The notes beneath the pieces were generated by a model. That model had not been told where the DNA came from and ran no database searches. It worked only from the letters and a program-made list of their open reading frames with translations. Of a stretch of DNA of 31,205 nt, positions 7,460 to 16,180 are shown one piece after another. The stretch's first letter is position 1. The number at the start of each line of letters is the position of its first letter. The stretch is from a virus (lineage: Duplodnaviria; Caudoviricetes): the IMG/VR virus record IMGVR_UViG_3300032247_000312, positions 1 through 31,205 of that record. One strand, 5' to 3'. The position numbers and the translations under genes were made by a program.

Positions 7460-7617
7460 GGTTTCACAAAATGAACGAGAATAGCCAGTCCGTAACAAGC
7501 TGCAATGGAGATGATGATTGCCGCCCACGAAAGAGTGGCCTTGGCCCATGATTGGCCGATGATTCGGAATGCTGGTATTACCAGGAGGCTGGCGATGATG
7601 ACTGGTATGTAGATCAT
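7456..7617 (-). CDS. 53-aa two-TM membrane peptide (not in ORF track)
   Basis: MIYIPVIIASLLVIPAFRIIGQSWAKATLSWAAIIISIAACYGLAILVHFVKP. First gene of the early operon, with an ATGA overlap. Confidence 0.55.
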   Translation of the reverse strand: MIYIPVIIASLLVIPAFRIIGQSWAKATLSWAAIIISIAACYGLAILVHFVKP

Positions 7618-7679
7618 ATTAGTTTGGCGTTGCGTCGTGCAAATGCCGCCACAATGACTCTCAGAAACCAGATCGCAAC

Positions 7680-7731
7680 AAAAATCGTCTTTCAGAGTGA
7701 ATTTTTATTTTCACCCCAAAAGACGATTTTT
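7680..7731 (-). terminator. 22-bp hairpin downstream of the HTH gene (terminator and/or operator)
   Basis: AAAAATCGTCTTTTGGGGTGAA / TTCACTCTGAAAGACGATTTTT. The three mismatches are G-U pairs on the - strand, and the stem ends in a U run. Confidence 0.65.
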
Positions 7732-7738
7732 CTTGACG

Positions 7739-8092
7739 TTAAATTTTTACGCTACACTGACCGAGTGTACTCTCAGCAATGGCGTAGGCGCTCTTTATTG
7801 GCAATGGCGCCTTGCCGGATCGCCACGCCTCAACGGTGCGCGGAGATATGGCCAGCCGCTCTGCAACTGCGGCTGCGGTGCCGCCAAGTAGTTTGATAAT
7901 AACCTCCATGACTGCTCTCTGAGTCTCCGGAGGGCGTGATTGGATCACGCCACCAAGCCACATGATCCAGCGACCAGACGGCATAAGACAAATAATCCCA
8001 AAAGTCTCGGCGGCAAGTGGGACCGCGCCAGCAGGTAGCGGAGCGGTCCCCTGAATCCAACGGTCAAAATTGCTGATTGGCTTGAGTGTCAT
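7739..8092 (-). CDS. XRE-type HTH regulator (117 aa)
   Basis: C-terminal GGTAAAVAERLAISPRTVEAWRSGK HTH. Confidence 0.75.
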   Translation of the reverse strand: MTLKPISNFDRWIQGTAPLPAGAVPLAAETFGIICLMPSGRWIMWLGGVIQSRPPETQRAVMEVIIKLLGGTAAAVAERLAISPRTVEAWRSGKAPLPIKSAYAIAESTLGQCSVKI

Positions 8093-8101
8093 GGTCTTGG
8101 A

Positions 8102-8422
8102 TTATTTGGAGGATTTGCAGGCTGCTTGCAGTTCGGCGAGCGAATAACCGCGCTTGAGACAAGCGGCATTAGCGGCGGCAAGATCCTTGCCAGTAAAGCC
8201 CTGGCCGTTAAACCAAGCCTTCTCGGCGTCTAGGTCAAGAGTCAGCGGGGAGGATGCCTTGCGAGCATCGGCAAGCTCGGCGCTGAGTGCCTCGATCTCG
8301 GACTCGTCAAAGTAGCCGCCTTGGCCCTCGTTGATGAGTCGGCGGAAGTTGTCGCGCTTGATGCCAGCGGTGCAGAGGTCGGCTTCGATTTCGGAAACGG
8401 TGCGGTGTTTGGTGTTGGACAT
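8102..8422 (-). CDS. Hypothetical helical protein (106 aa), probably leaderless
   Basis: The ATG at 8422 lies 6 nt after the predicted -10 box. Confidence 0.6.
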   Translation of the reverse strand: MSNTKHRTVSEIEADLCTAGIKRDNFRRLINEGQGGYFDESEIEALSAELADARKASSPLTLDLDAEKAWFNGQGFTGKDLAAANAACLKRGYSLAELQAACKSSK

Positions 8423-8428
8423 GCGCAA

Positions 8429-8482
8429 ACACTACGATTAAAATTCGTAAGTGTCCACATTAATTTACGATTATTTTTCGTA
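8429..8482 (-). promoter_or_regulatory. Sigma70-like promoter (TGGACA-N17-TAGTGT) overlapped by two TACGA-N7-TCGTA operators
   Basis: -35 at 8452-8457 and -10 at 8429-8434. Palindromes at 8433-8449 and 8466-8482. Confidence 0.7.
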
Positions 8483-8496
8483 GGTCCAAATCAAGC

Positions 8497-8970
8497 TCAC
8501 ACCACAAAGCGAATCACCGACCGAATCTTGCTCGCATGTCGGCGCTTCCGGTAGACGCCATCACCTTCCCTGGCTCCGTCCGAATTCGTGTTCCCCTCGA
8601 CCGTCTGCACGATCCCATCCTTGCCAATGTCACCGACCGCGATGCCAATGTGGGAGAACGTGAAGATCACGATGTCGCCGCGCCGGATGTCGTCCTTGTG
8701 TGGCTTGTGGAGTTTGGCCGAGTTGTCCACGCTCCGACACCAGTTCTCGAAATCCCATGCGCCAGCAGTCTCTGGCCTTGGGAACGTATACTTCTCGCCA
8801 CCCATCGCCTCGCGGACGCACCAGCAAACGAATGCAGCGCACCAAGCCCACGGCCCGACTGGTAGCCATGTGGCGCGTTGGTATTCCTCGATCTTCTGGC
8901 CGCCGTTGGTCTTCGTCTCCCGGACACCGACTTGCGACTCTGCTGCTTTGGCAAGGCGCTCGGCAATCAT
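8497..8970 (-). CDS. Endolysin, CHAP/NlpC-P60-type peptidase
   Basis: WAWCAAFVCW (Cys), RRGDIVIF, SHIGI (His) and TVEGNT. Confidence 0.85.
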   Translation of the reverse strand: MIAERLAKAAESQVGVRETKTNGGQKIEEYQRATWLPVGPWAWCAAFVCWCVREAMGGEKYTFPRPETAGAWDFENWCRSVDNSAKLHKPHKDDIRRGDIVIFTFSHIGIAVGDIGKDGIVQTVEGNTNSDGAREGDGVYRKRRHASKIRSVIRFVV

Positions 8971-9197
8971 GGCTTTCGGTAAAGGTTGGTGAGGCGACTA
9001 TCGATCGCGATCTTTCGCTTGGTGAGCAGTCCTTGTCCGACTAATCGGTCAAGCTGCTGCTGTGCGGTGCTGCGATTGATCCGAGTCTTTACGACATACT
9101 CAGCAAGCGTAAACTCATCATCCATCCTTTCATGGGTGGCGCACTGAGCGATTGCAAATTCAAGTGCCGATAATGCTTTTTGCGTTTTTGTTATCAT
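8967..9197 (-). CDS. Small winged-HTH protein (76 aa, start MITKTQ)
   Basis: FTLAEYVVKTRINRSTAQQQLDRLVGQGLLTKRKI. Confidence 0.6.
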   Translation of the reverse strand: MITKTQKALSALEFAIAQCATHERMDDEFTLAEYVVKTRINRSTAQQQLDRLVGQGLLTKRKIAIDSRLTNLYRKP

Positions 9198-9259
9198 ATG
9201 AGTGCTAATGTATAAAAAATCGGACGAAAAGTTGGTATATTCGTGTAATGCATCACACA

Positions 9260-9991
9260 TTACAGGATGCCCATCGGCGAGATCCACTGCCCACCCTCCT
9301 CGATGACATGCCAGGCGTTCCACGCTCCGGTCTTGCTGTGGATCATTCCGTAGAGCCACCCTTGCCGCCATGCAAGTTTGGCAGGAGTCCTATCAGCGTA
9401 GGTCATCAGATTGATGTCGGCAAGGCATCCAACTGAGTAAGATGCCTGGGCGTCGATGTGCCTCGCAACATAGGTGTCCGGCTTGTGGACATGACCACAG
9501 ATGCTTGGTCCCCAGTTCTCAAAATGCGCCTTTGCAGGGTAAATTGTTGCGCGGAACCCATGGATCAGCTTTGGACCACCTTCCGGCATCTGGAGATAAC
9601 GCGTGACGTGATACGGAACCCACTGGATCTTGCGCTTCTTAAATTCAGTCTCGGACGCCTCGGCAAGCTGCGAGCATCGTTCGCGCATGATGCCATCCGC
9701 GCAGTGCGTCGAGTGCATCCAGATCCGGTCGTCGTGATTGCCAAGCGTCAAGAAATGCGGCTTGTACTCGTCAAGAAACTCGATGCCTGCCACATAGTCA
9801 TCCGCGATGCCATCGGCTTTTTCCTCCTGCGAGGCGCCTTTGCGGAGCGGTGAAAAATCCCAGAGATCACCGAGGTGGATGCGGTGATGTGGTTTCCAGT
9901 CATCGACAAAGTCCAAGAATTTTTTCTTCGACTTTTCGCAGACAAGCGAGCCGTGAGAATCCCCGCAGACAACGAATTTTTTCCAGCTCAT
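9260..9991 (-). CDS. Calcineurin-like metallophosphoesterase
   Basis: GDSHG, HLGD, GNHD, IHG and GHVH metal-binding motifs. Confidence 0.88.
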   Translation of the reverse strand: MSWKKFVVCGDSHGSLVCEKSKKKFLDFVDDWKPHHRIHLGDLWDFSPLRKGASQEEKADGIADDYVAGIEFLDEYKPHFLTLGNHDDRIWMHSTHCADGIMRERCSQLAEASETEFKKRKIQWVPYHVTRYLQMPEGGPKLIHGFRATIYPAKAHFENWGPSICGHVHKPDTYVARHIDAQASYSVGCLADINLMTYADRTPAKLAWRQGWLYGMIHSKTGAWNAWHVIEEGGQWISPMGIL

Positions 9992-10293
9992 AGCTTGTTG
10001 AGTTTTGCCATCAGTGCATCGACCGCTGGCAGAAAGATGTGTTCAATGGCTCTGACGATTGGCTCTTCCTCAATCTTCTTTGCCCAGGAGTGGCCGGCAA
10101 TGGACAGGGTGGCGTGCAGCATCTCATGGCGGATGGTATCAATCAGGATCACTCTGTTTTTCAATGCATGTTCCGAGATCCAGATTTCCCGATCGTCGAA
10201 GTGCATCATTCCCCAGTTCTCCATTTTCTTGATGACGATGCGGAATCTCATTCCGCCGATCATCACCGAAGATGGAACTGAGCGTCTTGGCAT
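9988..10293 (-). CDS. Small HExxH zinc metallopeptidase-like protein
   Basis: DTIRHEMLHA followed by EEPIV. Confidence 0.7.
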   Translation of the reverse strand: MPRRSVPSSVMIGGMRFRIVIKKMENWGMMHFDDREIWISEHALKNRVILIDTIRHEMLHATLSIAGHSWAKKIEEEPIVRAIEHIFLPAVDALMAKLNKL

Positions 10294-10455
10294 CTAGCTT
10301 CGTTTGAAAGCGTTTATTAGCCCGACAAGTGCTGTGCCACCAGCGATGATCGCAGCGGCCTGTGCAGGTTGCAGGATGATGCCGAACGCAGTGGCAATTT
10401 GGATGATGCCACGCCAAGTGGATTCCATTTTGAGATATTCGGTGACGGTATTCAT
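10294..10455 (-). CDS. Holin-like 53-aa membrane protein (not in ORF track)
   Basis: MNTVTEYLKMESTWRGIIQIATAFGIILQPAQAAAIIAGGTALVGLINAFKRS, with an STWRG motif, two hydrophobic helices and a basic C-terminus. Confidence 0.65.
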   Translation of the reverse strand: MNTVTEYLKMESTWRGIIQIATAFGIILQPAQAAAIIAGGTALVGLINAFKRS

Positions 10456-10521
10456 TATTTCGGATTCTTGAGGATTATGAGCGCCTTGATCATATCGTTG
10501 ATCTCAACGAAATGGTCATAG

Positions 10522-10707
10522 TCACTTGAGATTTTTGCGGATGATGGATGCCGCGGAGAGAACTGAGACGATGATGCCTGAGAGTAGAGCTATGGTTTGC
10601 AGCCATGGATTTAGATCACCCGGAAGCGTGGCGACAATGCTGGCAAGTGGCGCAGTCACGCCGACTATGCCTTTGCCTGCAAGTGGTAGTTGATCAAATG
10701 GATTCAT
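10522..10707 (-). CDS. Holin-like membrane protein (61 aa)
   Basis: Two hydrophobic segments and an RKNLK C-terminus. Sits after the tail fibre genes. Confidence 0.55.
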   Translation of the reverse strand: MNPFDQLPLAGKGIVGVTAPLASIVATLPGDLNPWLQTIALLSGIIVSVLSAASIIRKNLK

Positions 10708-11014
10708 CAGCAGGTTGATCGAGTTCTGCTACCGGCGCAATGTATTTCACGCTACCATCCGGTTGCGGTTGGTAGATGCTGATATCGAACTCGGGAGCAG
10801 TATGCTTAAAATTCGCCACGGTAAGCGCAGAGTGAAATGCACGATAAGCAGTAAGCGCAGGCACTGCATTCTTGCCAAACACGTCAAGCACTGCGGGATC
10901 AGCAGCGAGTTCGTGTAGTTGCTTGAGGCGAGCTTCGACGAATGAGATTGTGTCGGCAGTGATCTGCTCGATTTCGGCGGCAGCGCGGAAGGCGGGAGTG
11001 ATTGAGGTGTACAT
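10694..11014 (-). CDS. Hypothetical protein after tail fibre (possible fibre chaperone)
   Basis: Position only. Confidence 0.5.
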   Translation of the reverse strand: MYTSITPAFRAAAEIEQITADTISFVEARLKQLHELAADPAVLDVFGKNAVPALTAYRAFHSALTVANFKHTAPEFDISIYQPQPDGSVKYIAPVAELDQPADESI

Positions 11015-11016
11015 GG

Positions 11017-12810
11017 TTAACGCTTGATAAATCGTAGGTAACTTCCAGATAGAAATCTTGCTGCGTTGGCAGCATCAGTTGTTGTTCTCTGTTTCACTTG
11101 AGGAGTTAATATAGTTGATGCCGATAACGTGAATGTTCCTTTGACTAGAACTGCACATGCCTTATTCGCAGCATCAGCATGAGTAACGAAGCAAACAGAT
11201 AAAACAGAAGATCCATTTCTTAGCGTCGTCTGAGTCGCTGCCTGTGATCCATTCGCTGAAATGTTTGCAGTCTTCATTACTTGAATTGAAACAGCAGTAT
11301 CATTATTAGCTGATAACTTAACATTCAATTCAACACCACCAGTTGCACTAGCAGTTAATCCAAACAAAGATGCATCGACTTCGTATGTTCCCGCAGGAAG
11401 AGTGATTGTCTGAGATCCATCAACATAGGTGGTACTGCTAGATGAAATATCAGATGTAAGAAAAAGATTGTATGGTGTGCCGTAACGAGTATCTGCATCA
11501 TCTCGCGTAATCAAACTTGTTGCCGCTGGTGTTCCTGTGCCACTCGATGTAGGGCGAGTAGTACTGGTAAAATTTACTGATCCAGAGAATGTCTGGGTAT
11601 TTGAAAATGTCTGAGACTGATTACTTAAAGCAACTGTTCCATTTGTTACTTCTGGAAATGTATGACTAAATGTTCCAAATGTATTGATGAATTGGAGAAT
11701 TCTTTGAGATGGTTGAACAGAGAAAGTTAAACCAGCGGAAGTACAATCATATGTGAGTAATCCACCAGCAGATGAAATTACTGACTCACTATCTAGTGCT
11801 ATATCATAAAGATATAAATCACTTAAATGTGCATCTCCAGCATAGAAATTCCCATTAACATCTCTTTTTACAAGAGTATTACCAACATTTGAAGAAGTCG
11901 CATCCGTAATGTCAGCACTGACAAGGTTACGATTCTCCCAAAGTGTTGCACCTCGCATCAATGCTTGTCCTTCAGCAGGACTTGTAATGTCTACATCGGA
12001 AAGCTCAGTAAGCTCAAATCCATTCTGAACATGGACGTTAAGCTCTACAATCGTATTACCATTGATCCGAGTAATAACTCCGAGGTAAACTTGGTGGTAT
12101 GGGGCCGATGGTTTGTTTGCCATTCCAAACAAAAGTCCACCAGCAGTAGATGGAGAGAGCCATATTGGATCTCCCTCGACAATGCCTGTTGGTTTGGAAA
12201 TGCTAACCGTCAATCTGCCCTCGGTCACAACATATCCAAACGCATTGTTTGCAAGAGTTGAGACGCAGATGCCAATCGTCTTGCTCGATGTCGCCTCAAC
12301 ATCTGCTTTAGCAAGACCGATGATCACATTGGCTCCAGACGCTCCTGTGACGTAGACAGCTTGTCCAGCAGCGATTGCTTGCCCCGCCTTCGCATAAAGC
12401 TCAAGACCAGTTGCCTTTCCTTCTACATGAGGTGCTGTGACGATGCCAGTAAAGGTAGGATCTGCAAGTGGAGCCTTTGTGTTGAGTTGCGTCTGGATTG
12501 CTGATGTCACTCCATCGACATATCCAAGCTCGGTTGCTGATACGTTACCAATCGATGTAGTCGATGGTAGCGTGACAGTGCCTGTGAATGTGGGGCTTGC
12601 AAGGTTAGCCTTGAGTGCGAGCGCAGCAGAGAGATCAGTCTGCGCAGCCAGTGACCCGGTAATAGTTCCCCAGACGTTATCTGCAGATGTGCCAGCAGGT
12701 CCACGCGCAGCCACATTTATAGCTGCGGTCATTTGCTCTGATCCGCTTGTCAGCGTGGCGGTGATGATCTCAGAGTTTGCCTGGACTGATGCGGTGACTA
12801 TTTCGGCCAT
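11017..12810 (-). CDS. Tail fibre / receptor-binding protein (597 aa)
   Basis: Repeated KANLASPTFTGT / KAPLADPTFTG fibre motifs, LTELSDV motif, S/T/G/A-rich composition. Confidence 0.75.
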   Translation of the reverse strand: MAEIVTASVQANSEIITATLTSGSEQMTAAINVAARGPAGTSADNVWGTITGSLAAQTDLSAALALKANLASPTFTGTVTLPSTTSIGNVSATELGYVDGVTSAIQTQLNTKAPLADPTFTGIVTAPHVEGKATGLELYAKAGQAIAAGQAVYVTGASGANVIIGLAKADVEATSSKTIGICVSTLANNAFGYVVTEGRLTVSISKPTGIVEGDPIWLSPSTAGGLLFGMANKPSAPYHQVYLGVITRINGNTIVELNVHVQNGFELTELSDVDITSPAEGQALMRGATLWENRNLVSADITDATSSNVGNTLVKRDVNGNFYAGDAHLSDLYLYDIALDSESVISSAGGLLTYDCTSAGLTFSVQPSQRILQFINTFGTFSHTFPEVTNGTVALSNQSQTFSNTQTFSGSVNFTSTTRPTSSGTGTPAATSLITRDDADTRYGTPYNLFLTSDISSSSTTYVDGSQTITLPAGTYEVDASLFGLTASATGGVELNVKLSANNDTAVSIQVMKTANISANGSQAATQTTLRNGSSVLSVCFVTHADAANKACAVLVKGTFTLSASTILTPQVKQRTTTDAANAARFLSGSYLRFIKR

Positions 12811-12813
12811 GTA

Positions 12814-13155
12814 TTAATCGTTTAGAATTTGAATCGTTCCAACCATGTATGTCTTGATCGACCCGCCAGAATCCGTTGTCTCGATGTTCCAGTATTGAGT
12901 GCCAGGATCGAGTGGAAATGGTGTGATTGGATTGACGGTGAATTGCCAGTTGGCCGCAGAGGTGATCAAGATGTTTCCGCCTGTGCTGGTTAGTGTGAGC
13001 GTGTCGGTGTCTCCCGCAGCATCGTGGAAAATCATGCGGACGCTCGTTAGTGAATCCGCGAGAGCAGTTCCGCTCGATGATAGACTCACCGAGATGCCGT
13101 CCCATGTATCACCACGGACAATCGGTGGCAGCGTGATCTGTGCAGGTCGTGCCAT
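12814..13155 (-). CDS. BppU-like baseplate/adaptor protein
   Basis: IVRGDT...GTQYWNIETTDSGGSIKTYMVGTIQI beta-sandwich pattern. Directly precedes the fibre gene. Confidence 0.55.
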   Translation of the reverse strand: MARPAQITLPPIVRGDTWDGISVSLSSSGTALADSLTSVRMIFHDAAGDTDTLTLTSTGGNILITSAANWQFTVNPITPFPLDPGTQYWNIETTDSGGSIKTYMVGTIQILND

Positions 13156-14024
13156 TATACTATGCCGAGAACGGTAAATGTTAAAACGGTTGCATTTGGT
13201 GCAATTGCAGGATCTGAAAACACAAAATTTCCACTAGCAGTATATCCATCATCATAAGATTTAAGAAACTTTCCCGGAAGAAGATCGTTTGTTGAAGCGG
13301 TATATGGATCTTGAAAAGTCACATCACCAGATGAAAGCACAATCAATTGTGCATAAATTTCTGAGATAAGCGGAAGCGTATTGCCCTCAAAATCCTTTCC
13401 GTCTCCATCATAAAGCGTTACTCCTGATGTAGCCACGCCTGCTGTCGTATTTGCTGAAGTTGGAGCTGCGGTGATGCCTGTGCATGTTCCATTGGCAAGC
13501 GCAATGTTGAGAGTCGCATCATTTGCAGAGCGAATTGGAAGGCCGCCAACTGTTGATGATAGGCGAGTGAGTGAGATCGCAGTTGTTGTTCCACCAATCG
13601 TGAATCGAGCAGCGATAGTTGCATTTGCTGCAAGTGCAGTCCTTACCTTGCCGGCCCATACCGATGCTGTGTCACCAAGGACAACCGACACCGAAATCGT
13701 CAATGGAGATCCAGTCATCCCTGCGGATGTAATTGTCACACTTGCGTTGCCGGACGCCGTAATTGTGCCTGCAGCCGTCGCGGTTTCGACTTGGGCAGTT
13801 CCTGCCACCCATGCGGTTGCTGTGCAAACGCCTGTATCCTGTGCGATTGTAAGCGTCGATGCAGATCCAGCCATGACAGCTCGGAGCGAGTAAATGACAT
13901 CGGCATCAGTAAAGCGCTCTTGCGTCTGAGCTACGCCGATCTCGACGTCATTAAAAACGTTAGTGCTGGTTGGCGTGGCCGTTGATCGCAGGCCGTAGGA
14001 GAGAATTGACTGCGTGAGATCCAT
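13155..14024 (-). CDS. Virion structural protein (T/A/G-rich)
   Basis: Composition, position, and a TTGACATC box upstream. Confidence 0.6.
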   Translation of the reverse strand: MDLTQSILSYGLRSTATPTSTNVFNDVEIGVAQTQERFTDADVIYSLRAVMAGSASTLTIAQDTGVCTATAWVAGTAQVETATAAGTITASGNASVTITSAGMTGSPLTISVSVVLGDTASVWAGKVRTALAANATIAARFTIGGTTTAISLTRLSSTVGGLPIRSANDATLNIALANGTCTGITAAPTSANTTAGVATSGVTLYDGDGKDFEGNTLPLISEIYAQLIVLSSGDVTFQDPYTASTNDLLPGKFLKSYDDGYTASGNFVFSDPAIAPNATVLTFTVLGIV

Positions 14025-14040
14025 CAAGGATCACGAGATG

Positions 14041-14796
14041 TCAAAAGATCGTCCATTGAGTGGTATGCACCACTGAATTGCTGGTCCATGATGGATCAAT
14101 ATCAGAATCGTTCTTGGTTAGCGTGTAGGTTCCGCGGAGATCTCGCCACTTGGTTGCCGAGTAGCCTGTGACATCAATGCCGAAGACCGATGTTTCTGGA
14201 TCAACTCCGATCAAGCAGTTCCACTGGTCGTATTCATTCGGTAGCGTTGAGAATGGATCTGCGTAATCGAAAAATGGACAGCTTATCGTAAATCCCTTGA
14301 TCAAATCAGTCGGTGGATTTGCATTGATCACCTGAGTGCCATATTTGAATCCAGTGAATCCTTTCGATCCCGTCAGATACAAGTAATGTCGTTTTGGATC
14401 TGAGAGGAACCTTTCAGTTCGATTGATGCCGAAAACGTAATGCTTAAAAAGTGACTCATCATCAGCCAGCGATGCTGTTGGGAATGTCTCATCGTAAGAT
14501 CCATCCGAGAATTGCGTCGCACTGTCGAAATCAAGAGCAAGATCAGTAAATAAAACACGATCAAACGTGTGGCTTTGAGAATAGCTAATTACCTGGGTCG
14601 TTGTCATTCCCCCGCTGGTCAATACTCTCGTCCCAGCTCCGGACCGCGCAATCGTGATTCCGGTATAGATCGGCGATGCTTCTGCACCGGTCGTCGTGAA
14701 TGCATTTCTAAATTCAAGGAATCCACGTAATCCAAATGTACGGCTCAAATATCCTTCATAGTCTCCATGCGGAATGAATATCGTTGGCGTTCTCAT
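14041..14796 (-). CDS. Tail-region hypothetical structural protein
   Basis: Position. Start set at the ATGA overlap (MRTPT). Confidence 0.55.
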   Translation of the reverse strand: MRTPTIFIPHGDYEGYLSRTFGLRGFLEFRNAFTTTGAEASPIYTGITIARSGAGTRVLTSGGMTTTQVISYSQSHTFDRVLFTDLALDFDSATQFSDGSYDETFPTASLADDESLFKHYVFGINRTERFLSDPKRHYLYLTGSKGFTGFKYGTQVINANPPTDLIKGFTISCPFFDYADPFSTLPNEYDQWNCLIGVDPETSVFGIDVTGYSATKWRDLRGTYTLTKNDSDIDPSWTSNSVVHTTQWTIF

Positions 14797-15338
14797 GTTG
14801 CCCACCACATGTTCGTCGATCCAAATGACTCAACGCCGAGATTACCTCCGGAGAAAATGTTTGTGATTCCTGTGATGACGCCACCAGCAAAATTGACTGT
14901 ACCAATCAAAAAGCATGAAGTGAATCCAGTTGCTGTAATTGCAGATCCAGAAGGAGGTAGAGACGATGTGGTCTTCTCGATCGTCACAACATAGGTATCT
15001 GGCGATCCGAATGTTCCAACGCATTTGATCCAGATCCAAGAATTTGCGCTGATAGTAAGCAGTGGTCGTGGATCATTGTTGATCGCAACTCCAGAGATTG
15101 TTGGGTAGTAAGTGTAATTAACCAGCCCGACCGTGATGTAGATTTGCGTGTTTGTCGCCTTTGTAATTTGTAGCGGCAACACCTTGGCTGCATTGTTGAC
15201 GCGGCCAGTGATTGTCACCTGCCTATCACGCAGCGCGGCAATCGACTTGCGAACCTCGCGTGAGAACCTGCCGATCCACCGAGGATCGTCGGTGATTGTT
15301 GGCATTGGGATCTGGACCTGTCCGTAGTTTGCTTGCAT
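14793..15338 (-). CDS. Tail tip region protein
   Basis: Position and beta-rich composition. Confidence 0.55.
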   Translation of the reverse strand: MQANYGQVQIPMPTITDDPRWIGRFSREVRKSIAALRDRQVTITGRVNNAAKVLPLQITKATNTQIYITVGLVNYTYYPTISGVAINNDPRPLLTISANSWIWIKCVGTFGSPDTYVVTIEKTTSSLPPSGSAITATGFTSCFLIGTVNFAGGVITGITNIFSGGNLGVESFGSTNMWWAT

Positions 15339-16177
15339 TATTCGTAAAGGAATTCGTTCCAGCCACCGTCCTCAGACATCGTCCATTCAACTGTCGTCTG
15401 ATAGATCGCTCCATCCTCTGTGCCTTTTTGCTCTTGGCTTGCGCTTGTCAGCATCCAGTTGCGAGTGCCATCAGCTTCTGGCTTATTTCCTCTGGGATTT
15501 GAGACTTTGCCAAGAGACGAAATTTCTGCTGATATCATCGGCGAGCTTCCCTCGGATGTTTCTGTCCAAGTGATTGTTGGGAAAACGTAAGTCGTGATTC
15601 CACCGGCAATCATTTTTGCAAATGTCACTGAATCTCCAACAGCTAGTGCAATTGCATATTTTGTCGATGATCCATCTTCTTTTCTTGGATACCAGAGGTA
15701 ATATGTTCCCAAATTAAATGCATCTTCTGCATAAATGATATTGCCTGAAATCAATTCCTTTAGAGCGGTTTGCTGACCTTCATCAAGCGCCTTGAATTTT
15801 GGATGCTCTGTGAGTGATTTTTCTGACAGTCTACCCTCAAGTCGATAAGTTGGCTCATTCTGGGTTGCATTTGGAAATGTTGAGTCATACTGATTACCAG
15901 AAGGAGCAAGAAACTGGATCTTGATTGTTGCGAGTCCGCCTTCGTCGATTGATATATCGTGACTTGCCACCCGAAGATTGCCAGCCCATGTCGGAATGTT
16001 GTCGTCGATCGTCGTTGCATAGGCACCAGGATAGACCTTGGCCAAGATTGAATTCACCTGCTCCTTTGCAATAATGTATTCACCAGATCCCTCAATCTGA
16101 TTTTTGTCATTGATGCTGATCGTCAGCCCAGGCTGACGATAGAGTTCAGTGGTCGAAATTCCGAATGTTGTTGCCAT
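15338..16177 (-). CDS. Tail tip / distal tail-type protein
   Basis: First gene after the tape measure. Contains LTEHP and WMLTSASQEQ motifs. Confidence 0.55.
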   Translation of the reverse strand: MATTFGISTTELYRQPGLTISINDKNQIEGSGEYIIAKEQVNSILAKVYPGAYATTIDDNIPTWAGNLRVASHDISIDEGGLATIKIQFLAPSGNQYDSTFPNATQNEPTYRLEGRLSEKSLTEHPKFKALDEGQQTALKELISGNIIYAEDAFNLGTYYLWYPRKEDGSSTKYAIALAVGDSVTFAKMIAGGITTYVFPTITWTETSEGSSPMISAEISSLGKVSNPRGNKPEADGTRNWMLTSASQEQKGTEDGAIYQTTVEWTMSEDGGWNEFLYE

Positions 16178-16180
16178 ATC

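Noticed and set aside
7733-7758. + strand TTGACG...TACACT as an antisense promoter
   Set aside because: The spacer is only 14 bp and no credible + strand gene follows.
10456-10521. Tiny ORFs or a frameshift extension between the two holin-like genes
   Set aside because: Only 9-12 codon ORFs and no convincing slippery site in the right phase.
11017-12810. Diversity-generating retroelement or invertible tail-fibre system
   Set aside because: No reverse transcriptase, invertase or template/variable repeat pair seen.
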